Positions 51,126 to 59,507 of a DNA stretch of 64,000 bases are shown piece after piece. Where the stretch lies: positions 6,859-70,858 of the forward strand of contig JANLYX010000018.1 in assembly GCA_031365865.1 (NCBI GenBank), in the 5' to 3' direction. The stretch is from Hyphomicrobium sp. GTDB taxonomy: Bacteria; Pseudomonadota; Alphaproteobacteria; Rhizobiales; Hyphomicrobiaceae. Made by a program: the position numbers and the translations under genes. Below the pieces are notes generated by a model. It worked only from the letters and a program-made list of their open reading frames with translations. It searched no databases and was not told where the DNA came from. Positions within the stretch are counted from its first letter, which is position 1. The number at the start of each line of letters is the position of its first letter.

Positions 51126-52505
51126 TCAATGCAACTTGACCTGCGGCTCGGTGCGCCGCGTCAGCATGCGTGACACAGTATCGAGCGCGACCTTAATGGG
51201 ACCATGCAGAGCCATCTCGTGCATTTTATAGAGCGAGCGGTACATCAGTTTGGCGAACCAGCCCTCGATGCGCATCGATTTTCCCGAGACGAACCCCATC
51301 AAGCTGCCGACCGTTGAATAATGCCCAAGTGATACCAGCGATCCGAAGTCGCGATATTTGAAAGGCGCCAGATCTTGATGACCGCTGATGCGCTTTCGCA
51401 GCTGCTTGAGAAGATGCGATGACTGCTGATGCGCCGTCTGCGCGCGCGGCGGCAGCGGCATTTTTTCGCCGGGCGGAACGAGATAGGCGCAGTCGCCGAT
51501 CGCAAAAATATTGTCGTCGTTGGTGGTCTGCAGCGTTGGTTTGACCACCAGCATGTTGTTGCGGCTGGTCTCGAGACCGTCGAGCTTGGTGAGAACTTCG
51601 GGGCCTTTGACGCCGGCAGCCCAAACGACGAGTTCGGATGGGATGAGTTCTCCACTTGCCAGCCGCACGCCCTCCGCCGTGACTTCGGTGACGCGCGCGT
51701 TGGTCCGCACATCGACTTTTATGCCGCGCAGCACTTGCGTGACGGAATTCGACATGCGCTCAGGCAGCGCTCCGAGAATACGGCCCGTGGCTTCGATCAA
51801 GGTAATCTTGATGTCTTTTTCAGGCTGGATTTTATCGAGCCCAAAGGCGATCAGTCCGCGCACGGTGCTGTGCAGCTCGGCCGAAAGTTCGGTGCCCGTG
51901 GCGCCCGCGCCAACGATTGCGACGTGAAGCTGCCCCGGCTGCACGGGACCGGCTTGGGCATTGGCCCTGACACAGGCGTTCAAGAGGCGGCGGTTGAAGC
52001 GCTCGGCCTGCTCCGGCGTGTCGAGCATGATGGCGTTCTGATAAACACCGGGCGTTCCGAACGCATTCGATATGCTGCCGACTGCGACGACAAGAGTATC
52101 GTAAGGCAACCAGCGGTCGGGCGTGATCTGGCGCCCGTCTTCGTCAGCGGTCGCCGCCAGATGGACGCGCTTTTGAGCGCGGTCGAGGCCGATCATTTCG
52201 CCGTAGCGGAACTTAAAACCGTGCCAGTAGCCCTGCGCTTGGTACTCCAGTTCGTGACGATCGACGTCCATGCTGCCGGCCGCAATCTCGTGGAGCAGCG
52301 GCTTCCAGATGTGGGTACGCGCGCGATCGACGAGCGTGATATCAGCCTTGTCCTTGCGGCCAAGCTTGTTGCCAAGCTGCGTTGCCAACTCAAGTCCACC
52401 GGCACCACCGCCAACCACCACAATGTGATGGAGGCCGGATTGCCGTTCCAAAACCAGCGACGGCGTAACGGGCGCAAAACCTGGAGGCGAAGGAAGTTCG
52501 GTCAT
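51126..52505 (-). CDS. ndh: type II NADH:quinone oxidoreductase
   Basis: IVVVGGGAGG, WKPLLHEIAAG, VGAGATGTELSAEL, FAIGDCA, PPRAQTAHQQ. Confidence 0.9.
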   Translation of the reverse strand: MTELPSPPGFAPVTPSLVLERQSGLHHIVVVGGGAGGLELATQLGNKLGRKDKADITLVDRARTHIWKPLLHEIAAGSMDVDRHELEYQAQGYWHGFKFRYGEMIGLDRAQKRVHLAATADEDGRQITPDRWLPYDTLVVAVGSISNAFGTPGVYQNAIMLDTPEQAERFNRRLLNACVRANAQAGPVQPGQLHVAIVGAGATGTELSAELHSTVRGLIAFGLDKIQPEKDIKITLIEATGRILGALPERMSNSVTQVLRGIKVDVRTNARVTEVTAEGVRLASGELIPSELVVWAAGVKGPEVLTKLDGLETSRNNMLVVKPTLQTTNDDNIFAIGDCAYLVPPGEKMPLPPRAQTAHQQSSHLLKQLRKRISGHQDLAPFKYRDFGSLVSLGHYSTVGSLMGFVSGKSMRIEGWFAKLMYRSLYKMHEMALHGPIKVALDTVSRMLTRRTEPQVKLH

Positions 52506-52525
52506 GTCGGTACCTGGATGTTATT

Positions 52526-52558
52526 CCTCTCCCCATTGAGGGCAGGAATGGGGAGAGG
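52526..52558. terminator. perfect 12-bp GC-rich hairpin after pheT (terminator or short palindromic repeat)
   Basis: CCTCTCCCCATT-9nt-AATGGGGAGAGG. Confidence 0.55.
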
Positions 52559-52563
52559 GGGTT

Positions 52564-54996
52564 TTAACTGCGAATCTCTGCGCCCGTCGCCTTTTTAACA
52601 TCGGCGATGATTTTGTTGGCGATCAATTCGAGTGCCAGATCGGTGAGGGTTTCGGTCGCAGGCTGAAGGGTGACTTCGATAGCGACCGACTTTTTGCCTT
52701 CGCTCGCCAGCTGCCCGCCCTCAAAGACGTCGAAAATGGTAATGGCCTGGATGAGCGCTTTGTCGGCATTGGCCGCAGCCTTGACGATGTCGCCGGCGGC
52801 CACATCTTTAGCGACGATGAAGGCGAAATCGCGCGTGACCGGCAACAGATCGGAGGCCGCCAATTGCGCCTTGGCGCGAGACTTTTTCTTTTCCGGCGGT
52901 AAGGCATCGAGGAAAATTTCAAACGCCGCCACGGGCGCCTCGGCATCGAGAGCCTTGAGCGTGGCCGGATGAACGTCGCCGAAGTGCGCTAAGATAACTT
53001 TAGGTCCCAACCGCAACGTCGCCGATCGGCCGGGATGATACCATGCCGGCGCATCACGGGTGATCTGAGCTTTCGATGCATCGAACCCGAGCGCGGCGAG
53101 CGCCGCGAACACGTCGGCCTTGACGTCGAAGACGTCAGCCGCGTCCGCTTTGCCATCCCAATGCCGGCCTGAGCCGCCGAGCGTGGCCGTACCGGCGCGC
53201 ACACCAGCGGCGCTGTTATATTGATCGTCCGGTTTTTCGCCGCGATAGCTCTGGCCAAGCTCGAACAGCGCCACGTCATGAGCGCCGCGATTGCGATTGC
53301 GCGTTACAGCCGTCAGCAAGCCGGCCAATAAGCCGGGGCGCATCGCCGACAATTCGCTCGAAATCGGATTGGCGAGGTCGAGGGCCGGTTGGCCGCCGCC
53401 GAACAGCGCTGCCTGATCTTTGGGGATGAAACTCCACGTCACCGCTTCGACGAAACCGCGCGCAGCCAGCAGCCGCCGTGTCCGGCGTGCGCGCTTCTGT
53501 TTGTCCGTCAGAACCGCGCGCGTCACGCCGAATTGGCGCGGTAACGGCGTCGATGGAATGCGCTCGAGTCCGGCGATGCGCACAACCTCTTCGACAAGAT
53601 CGGCTCCCCCATGAATATCAGGCCGCCACGATGGAACCGCGACTTTTGCCGCCGTCGAGCTGCCCTCGACCTTGCATCCAAGCGCTTCCAGCGTTGTCTT
53701 GATCTCGGCTTGCGAGAGCTTGACCCCCGACAACTTTTCAACGCGCGCGAAATCGAAGGCAATGACGCGGTTTTCGATCGGCTCCTTGCCGGCGGTCTTG
53801 GCTTTCGACGGTTCCCCGCCGCACATCTTCAAGATCATATCGGTCGCGAGATCGAGGCCGGGGCGGACAGATGCCGGATCAATGCCGCGCTCGAAGCGAT
53901 AACGAGCGTCCGTTTGCAGCCCAACCTTGCGCCCCGTTGCGGCGGTGCGGACGGGATCGAAGTAGGCGCTCTCGACGAAAACGTTTCTTGTCGCCTCCGT
54001 CGAGCCCGTAGGTTCGCCGCCCATGATGCCGCCAAGGCCCAGCGGACCGCTATCGTCAGCGATCACGCACATCGTTTGATCGATGGTGTGGTCTTTGCCA
54101 TCGAGGCCGACAAACTTTTCGATCCTTTGGCCAAGGCGCGCGCGGATCGGCCCTTTGAGTTTGTCGGCATCATAGACGTGCAGCGGGCGGCCGCGATCGA
54201 GCGAGATGTAGTTCGTGACATCGACGAGCGCGTTGATCGGGCGCAGGCCAACGGCCTTCAGGCGATTTTGCAGCCACGCCGGCGAGGGACCATTCTTGAC
54301 GCCTTTAACGACGCGGCCGGCGAACACCGGACAAGCGCTGGCGGTCTCGGGCGTGAACTCGAGTTCGATATCGATCGGGCAATCGGTTTTGCCTTCGACC
54401 GGCCCAAGCTTTGGTTCGGCTTTCAGCGTGCCCATGCCGGCGGCGGCGAGATCGCGGGCGATACCGCGCACGCCCGTGCAGTCGGGGCGGTTTGGTGTCA
54501 ATTTCACCTCAAAGACGGGATCGTTGAGCCCGGCCGCATCGATGTAGCGCGTCCCAACTTTCGTGGCCCAGTCTGCCGGCAAATCGAGAATGCCGTCGCT
54601 CTCACCCGACAATTCAAGCTCCGCCGCCGAGCACATCATGCCGTTGGAGACGACGCCGCGCACCGGCTTTTTCTCGAGCGTCATTTTCGAGCCCGGAATG
54701 AAAGTGCCGAGTGGGGCAAATACCGAGAGCATGCCTGCGCGCGCGTTCGGCGCCCCGCACACCACTTCCATCAGCGGGGCGCCTTTAGCGACTTCGACCT
54801 GCACGACTTGCAGCTTATCGGCGTTGGGATGCTTCTTGGCTTCGACGATTTTTGCAATCGTGAAGGCGCCGAGCTTTGCGCCCGGGTCTTCGATGCCCTC
54901 GACCTCGAGCCCGATGGCATTCAATGTCGCCGCGATCTCCTCGACGCTCTTCGCGGTCTCGAGATGATCCTTCAGCCAGGCCAGTGTGAATTTCAT
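52564..54996 (-). CDS. pheT: phenylalanine-tRNA ligase beta subunit
   Basis: MKFTLAWLK, HPNADKL, CGAPN, TPNRPD, RFERGID, LANPIS, C-terminal FDX-ACB domain. Confidence 0.96.
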   Translation of the reverse strand: MKFTLAWLKDHLETAKSVEEIAATLNAIGLEVEGIEDPGAKLGAFTIAKIVEAKKHPNADKLQVVQVEVAKGAPLMEVVCGAPNARAGMLSVFAPLGTFIPGSKMTLEKKPVRGVVSNGMMCSAAELELSGESDGILDLPADWATKVGTRYIDAAGLNDPVFEVKLTPNRPDCTGVRGIARDLAAAGMGTLKAEPKLGPVEGKTDCPIDIELEFTPETASACPVFAGRVVKGVKNGPSPAWLQNRLKAVGLRPINALVDVTNYISLDRGRPLHVYDADKLKGPIRARLGQRIEKFVGLDGKDHTIDQTMCVIADDSGPLGLGGIMGGEPTGSTEATRNVFVESAYFDPVRTAATGRKVGLQTDARYRFERGIDPASVRPGLDLATDMILKMCGGEPSKAKTAGKEPIENRVIAFDFARVEKLSGVKLSQAEIKTTLEALGCKVEGSSTAAKVAVPSWRPDIHGGADLVEEVVRIAGLERIPSTPLPRQFGVTRAVLTDKQKRARRTRRLLAARGFVEAVTWSFIPKDQAALFGGGQPALDLANPISSELSAMRPGLLAGLLTAVTRNRNRGAHDVALFELGQSYRGEKPDDQYNSAAGVRAGTATLGGSGRHWDGKADAADVFDVKADVFAALAALGFDASKAQITRDAPAWYHPGRSATLRLGPKVILAHFGDVHPATLKALDAEAPVAAFEIFLDALPPEKKKSRAKAQLAASDLLPVTRDFAFIVAKDVAAGDIVKAAANADKALIQAITIFDVFEGGQLASEGKKSVAIEVTLQPATETLTDLALELIANKIIADVKKATGAEIRS

Positions 54997-55038
54997 TTTG
55001 GTCTTACTTTCGAGGCGTTCGATTGTTCAGCGTTGGAT

Positions 55039-55068
55039 CCCCCTCCCCGTAAAGGACGGAGAGGGGGG
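55039..55068. repeat. C-rich/G-rich hairpin between the acyl-CoA synthetase and pheT
   Basis: CCCCCTCCCCGT-AAAGG-ACGGAGAGGGGGG, similar to the arms at 59235 and 61113. Confidence 0.5.
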
Positions 55069-55078
55069 ACACGCCCCA

Positions 55079-56725
55079 TCAAGCATCCTTCGCCATTTCT
55101 CTTAGTTTGAATTTTTGGATCTTGCCGGTCGAGGTCTTCGGCACTTCCGAGAAGACGATGTGGCGCGGGACTTTGTAGCGGGCGAGGCCTTGACGACACC
55201 ATTCCAATATTTCGTCCGACGTCGCGGAAGCGCCGGGGCGTAGTTCCACGAACGCGCACGGCGTTTCGCCCCATTTTTCATCCGGCTTGGCCACGACCGC
55301 GCAGAAGGCAACGGCTGGATGTTTGTAGAGGACATCCTCGACTTCGATCGACGAAATATTCTCGCCGCCCGAAATGATGATGTCCTTGGAGCGGTCCTTC
55401 AATTGGATGTACTTGTCGGGGTGCAGCACGCCGAGATCGCCGGAGTGGAACCAGCCGCCGCGAAACGCGTCCTCCGTCGCCTTGGCGTTCTTGAGATAGC
55501 CCTTCATGACGATGTTGCCGCGGAACATAACCTCGCCCATCGTCTCGCCGTCGGCTGGCACGACCTGCATGGTCTCAGGATCCATAACGGTCAGGCCCTC
55601 AAGCGCGATGTAGCGCACACCCTGGCGGGCGCGCTTCGAGGTCATCTCGGCCTTGGGGAGTTTATCCCACTCGACGTTCCACTCGTTGATGGTGGCGGGG
55701 CCGTAGGTTTCGGTCAGGCCGTAGAGGTGGGTCAGCTTGAAGCCCGCATCCATCATGGCCGACAGCACGGCTTCCGGCGGCGGTGCGGCGGCGTGGTTGA
55801 ACGACACGACGTGATCGAAGGTACGCTTTTCTTCTGGCTTGGCGTTGAGCAGCGTCGACATCACGATCGGCGCGCCGGAGAGATGCGTAACGAGGTGATC
55901 GGCGATGGCGTCGTACATCAATTTAGCGCGCACCCAACGAAGGCAGACGTGGGTGCCGACGGCCGCGCACACCGACCACGGGAAGCACCAGCCGTTGCAG
56001 TGGAACATCGGCAGCGTCCACAGATACACCGGATGCTGACCCATGCCGGTGGCAATGGTGTTGGCGTAACACATCAGCGCCGCGCCGCGATGATGGTAGA
56101 CGACGCCTTTGGGATTTCCGGTGGTGCCGGACGTATAGTTGAGCGAGATCGCGTCCCACTCGTCGGGCGGCATCCGCCATTTGAAATTCGAATCGCCGCG
56201 CGCGATGAAGCTCTCGTAGTCTTCATGCGAGAGCGCGTCGTTTGCTTGCGGAAATTCGAGATCGTTGTAATCGATGATCAGCGGCTTGACCTTGGCGATC
56301 TCGAGCGCGGCTTTCATGGCCGGGGCAAATTCTCGGTCGACGATGACGACTTTGGCCCCGGCGTGATCGAGCTGGAAGGCAATGATCGCGGGATCGAGGC
56401 GGGTATTGATCGCGTGTAGAACAGCGCCTGTCATCGGCACGCCGTAGTGGGCATCTAGCATCGGCGGGGTATTGGCGAGCATGACGGAGACGGTGTCGCC
56501 GGGACCGATGTAGCGCATCGCCAGCGCCGAACCCAAGCGCCGGGCGCGATTGTAAAGCTCGGCGTAGGTCAAGCGGGTCTTGCCGTGGATGACGGCGGTA
56601 TGACGCGGATAGACGGCTGCCGAGCGCTCAAGGAAGATTAACGGCGTCAGCGGCTGGTAATTGGCGGCGTTTTTGTCGAGGTTGGTTTCGTAATGGTTGA
56701 CGGACTTGTCAGGTATGAAGGTCAT
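55079..56725 (-). CDS. AMP-dependent acyl-CoA synthetase
   Basis: YTSGTTGNPKG, YGLTETYGP, FHSGD, DRSKDIIISGGEN, PKTSTGKIQK. Confidence 0.92.
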   Translation of the reverse strand: MTFIPDKSVNHYETNLDKNAANYQPLTPLIFLERSAAVYPRHTAVIHGKTRLTYAELYNRARRLGSALAMRYIGPGDTVSVMLANTPPMLDAHYGVPMTGAVLHAINTRLDPAIIAFQLDHAGAKVVIVDREFAPAMKAALEIAKVKPLIIDYNDLEFPQANDALSHEDYESFIARGDSNFKWRMPPDEWDAISLNYTSGTTGNPKGVVYHHRGAALMCYANTIATGMGQHPVYLWTLPMFHCNGWCFPWSVCAAVGTHVCLRWVRAKLMYDAIADHLVTHLSGAPIVMSTLLNAKPEEKRTFDHVVSFNHAAAPPPEAVLSAMMDAGFKLTHLYGLTETYGPATINEWNVEWDKLPKAEMTSKRARQGVRYIALEGLTVMDPETMQVVPADGETMGEVMFRGNIVMKGYLKNAKATEDAFRGGWFHSGDLGVLHPDKYIQLKDRSKDIIISGGENISSIEVEDVLYKHPAVAFCAVVAKPDEKWGETPCAFVELRPGASATSDEILEWCRQGLARYKVPRHIVFSEVPKTSTGKIQKFKLREMAKDA

Positions 56726-56829
56726 GGGTGCGCCATCGGCTGGTTGCGAGAGGTTGGCGGAACGCTAGCGAAAGCTCAGCCTCTCAGCAACTCTCGGATG
56801 TCTAATTGGCCAACAACGAGCGGCCCTCC

Positions 56830-57594
56830 TCAGCCATCTTGTTCGTCTTCGGGCTTCGGGGTCATGCCCTTGAGCTTGGCCAAAATGCGGGCCTGTTCTT
56901 CCTCGGGCGTCTCCTCGCGCTTCTCCGCCACCGGTCTCGGCGCGACGATCGAGGCTGTCGTTCCGTCATGGGGTTCGGGCGCGGCCGTCGTTTCTTCGGT
57001 TGCGATCAGGGTGCCGGCCTTGTCGGTGCCCTTGCCGGATTCCTTGCGCTCGCGTTCGATGCGCTTGGCGGCCTTTCTGACTTCTGCGTCGAGGTCGATC
57101 TGCGAGCATAAGCCCAGCGTCACCGGATCTTGCGGCGTCAACTGCGCCGAGTTCCAATGGGTGCGATCGCGGATCTGAGCGATCGTCGGCTTGGTGGTGC
57201 CGACAAGGCGCATCAGCTGACTGTCTTTGAGTTCGGCGTGATTGCGTAGCAGCCATAGAACTGCGTTGGGGCGGTCGTGGCGGCGCGACACCGGCGTATA
57301 GCGCGGGCCTTTGCGGGCGTTCTGGACCTGCTGGGGAATTTCAACTTTGCTTTCGGCCAAGCGCAGCTTGTGGCTGTGGTCTTTTTCGGCCTTGGCGATT
57401 TCATCGCGCGACAGCTGACCGGACGTGACGGGGTCCTGGCCTTTGATGCCCTGGGCGACGTCACCGTCGGCAATGCCTTTGACTTCGAGGGGATGCAAGC
57501 CGCAGAATTCGGCAATCTGGTCGAAGGCCAAACCGGTATTTTCCACGAGCCAGACGGCGGTGGCTTTGGGCATCAGAGGTCTGCGGTCGCTCAT
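56830..57594 (-). CDS. DUF1013 family protein (TrcR-like)
   Basis: PLMPKATAVWLVENT.L.F.QIA.FC.LHPLEV, RYTPVSRR.DRP, THWN, DPVTLGLCSQ. Confidence 0.88.
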   Translation of the reverse strand: MSDRRPLMPKATAVWLVENTGLAFDQIAEFCGLHPLEVKGIADGDVAQGIKGQDPVTSGQLSRDEIAKAEKDHSHKLRLAESKVEIPQQVQNARKGPRYTPVSRRHDRPNAVLWLLRNHAELKDSQLMRLVGTTKPTIAQIRDRTHWNSAQLTPQDPVTLGLCSQIDLDAEVRKAAKRIERERKESGKGTDKAGTLIATEETTAAPEPHDGTTASIVAPRPVAEKREETPEEEQARILAKLKGMTPKPEDEQDG

Positions 57595-57855
57595 GGTGTC
57601 TTCTCCGGTCTTTCGCAGCCGCCGAGGGCAAGCGCGAAAACCAATTAAATCTAAGAAAGCTGGGATTAATGTCTTATAGCGCCCCTTCGCGCGGTCGCGC
57701 AACCTCGGATATTGAGGCCGGCTCACTCATCGCCAGCAAAGACGCCGCAGTTTCCCGCGCTCTCGGCCGTTGCAGGCTGGGTCAAGCGCCGCTAGTGTCC
57801 GCCCGCTGCGTCACTCTTTGGGTACGAAAGCGGCTGATTTTGGAGGACCATCCGT

Positions 57856-58293
57856 ATGTTGGCGACCGTCGGCCAGGCTAAATTCTTCGAAGATCTGAGC
57901 GTCGGCCAGGAAGCGACCATGTCGCGGACCGTGACGGAAGCCGACATCATTGCTTACGCGGCGTTATCGGGTGACTACAACCCGGTGCATATCGATGCGG
58001 CGTACGCGGCGGGAACGATCTTCAAGGAGCGGATCGCCCACGGCATTTTGTCGGCCGGTTACATCTCGGCGATCTTCGGCATGCAATTGCCGGGACCGGG
58101 CGCCATCTACATTTCACAGACCTTGACGTTCAAAGGCCCTGTCAAAATCGATGACCACGTTGTCACATCCGTCAAGCTCGTTGAGCTGGTGCCGGAAAAG
58201 CGCCGCGCCAAATTCGATTGCGTGTGTATGGTTTCGGGCAAACCGGTTCTGACCGGTGAAGCGGTGCTGATGGTGCCAGCCCGTCCGAAGTAA
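57856..58293 (+). CDS. MaoC-family (R)-enoyl-CoA hydratase
   Basis: SGDYNPVHID, RIAHG, PGPGAIY.SQ.L.F..PV. Confidence 0.88.
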   Translation: MLATVGQAKFFEDLSVGQEATMSRTVTEADIIAYAALSGDYNPVHIDAAYAAGTIFKERIAHGILSAGYISAIFGMQLPGPGAIYISQTLTFKGPVKIDDHVVTSVKLVELVPEKRRAKFDCVCMVSGKPVLTGEAVLMVPARPK

Positions 58294-58305
58294 CCGGTAA
58301 TCCAG

Positions 58306-59232
58306 ATGCAAGTCGTCCACGGTCACACCCACGTGCCTGTCAATGTCCGCGGCGCGGTCATCGCCATCGGCAATTTCGACGGCGTGCACCGTGGGCACCG
58401 GGCCTTGCTGCGGGAAGCCGTGACCAAAGCCAAAATCCTGGAGCGCGCCTCCGGCGTGATGATGTTTGAACCCCATCCGCGCGAATTTTTCCAGCCCAAC
58501 GAAGTGCTGTTCCGGCTGACGCCGTTGAACCGCAAATTGAAACTTATCGAAGCGCTGGGAATCAAGGTCGCCTTCGTCGAGCCGTTTGACGCGCATTTCG
58601 CGGCCCTGACCGCGACCGAATTCATCGAGCGGGTGCTAGTGGCGGGCTTGGGCGTCGCGCACGTCATCATCGGTTATGATTTTTATTTCGGCAACAAGCG
58701 CGGCGGTAATCCCGAGTTGATGAGTAAGCTCGGAGCCGAAATGGGGTTTGGCGTCACGATTCTGCCGCCGGTGGCGGAGAGTGGCGAAGTTTTTTCCTCG
58801 TCGTCGGTGCGCTTGCATCTGGCGCAAGGCGACGTCAAAGGCGCGGCCCGCATTCTTGGGCAGCACTGGCATGTCGCCGGCAAAATCGTCGGCGGGGCGC
58901 ATCGTGGCGCCAATCTCGGATATCCAACCGCCAACATTCCCATGCCCAAGGGCACGGCGCTCGGGCACGGCATTTACGCGGTCAAGGCCCACGTCGATGG
59001 CGTCACCCATAACGCCGCCGCTTATCTCGGCACGCGCCCGACCTTCGATGACGGCTTGCCGGTGCTGGAAGTTTATCTGATCGATTTCAAGGGCGACATT
59101 TACGGTCACGAGATGGACGTCGAATTCATCGAGTTCATCCGCGGCGACCGCAAGTTCCAATTGCCTGAAGAGCTGGTCCGGCAGATGGACGAGGACACGG
59201 CGCAGGTGAGAAGCGTGCTGGCTGCATCGTAG
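58306..59232 (+). CDS. ribF: bifunctional riboflavin kinase/FAD synthetase
   Basis: IGNFDGVHRGH, FEPHP, GYDFYFG, GYPTAN, EVYLIDF.GDIYG, F..IR. Confidence 0.95.
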   Translation: MQVVHGHTHVPVNVRGAVIAIGNFDGVHRGHRALLREAVTKAKILERASGVMMFEPHPREFFQPNEVLFRLTPLNRKLKLIEALGIKVAFVEPFDAHFAALTATEFIERVLVAGLGVAHVIIGYDFYFGNKRGGNPELMSKLGAEMGFGVTILPPVAESGEVFSSSSVRLHLAQGDVKGAARILGQHWHVAGKIVGGAHRGANLGYPTANIPMPKGTALGHGIYAVKAHVDGVTHNAAAYLGTRPTFDDGLPVLEVYLIDFKGDIYGHEMDVEFIEFIRGDRKFQLPEELVRQMDEDTAQVRSVLAAS

Positions 59233-59234
59233 CA

Positions 59235-59362
59235 CCCTCTCCCTTGGGAGAGGGTGGGGTGAGGGGGCTGTGAACTTGATCGGCCAGCCACCACCCCCTC
59301 ATCCGCCCGTCATTGCGGAGCGATGCTCCGCATGAGCGGGCACCTTCTCCCGAGGGAGAAGG
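59235..59362. repeat. ~128-bp multi-hairpin palindromic repeat element (REP/RIME-like)
   Basis: CCCTCTCCC-TT-GGGAGAGGG ... GGGGTGAGGGG / CCCCTCATCC ... inner TGCGGAGC-GAT-GCTCCGCA ... CCTTCTCCC-GA-GGGAGAAGG. Confidence 0.8.
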
Positions 59363-59507
59363 AGTTCTGGAAAGTTATCCCCGTCTGCTCGGGCGGTGGT
59401 ATTCTGACAGACTGGCCCATAAGGCTCGCATTAACCGAGACTTTGCTTAACGGGCCCGAGATTGTTAGAAGCGCGAATGCCGCCAAAACCCGAAAGACGC
59501 ATGAACG

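Noticed and set aside
53611-55110. 499-aa plus-strand ORF
   Set aside because: Antisense shadow of pheT.
59431-59451. Two TTAAC half-sites upstream of ileS as a CtrA box
   Set aside because: The spacing is 12 nt, not 7.
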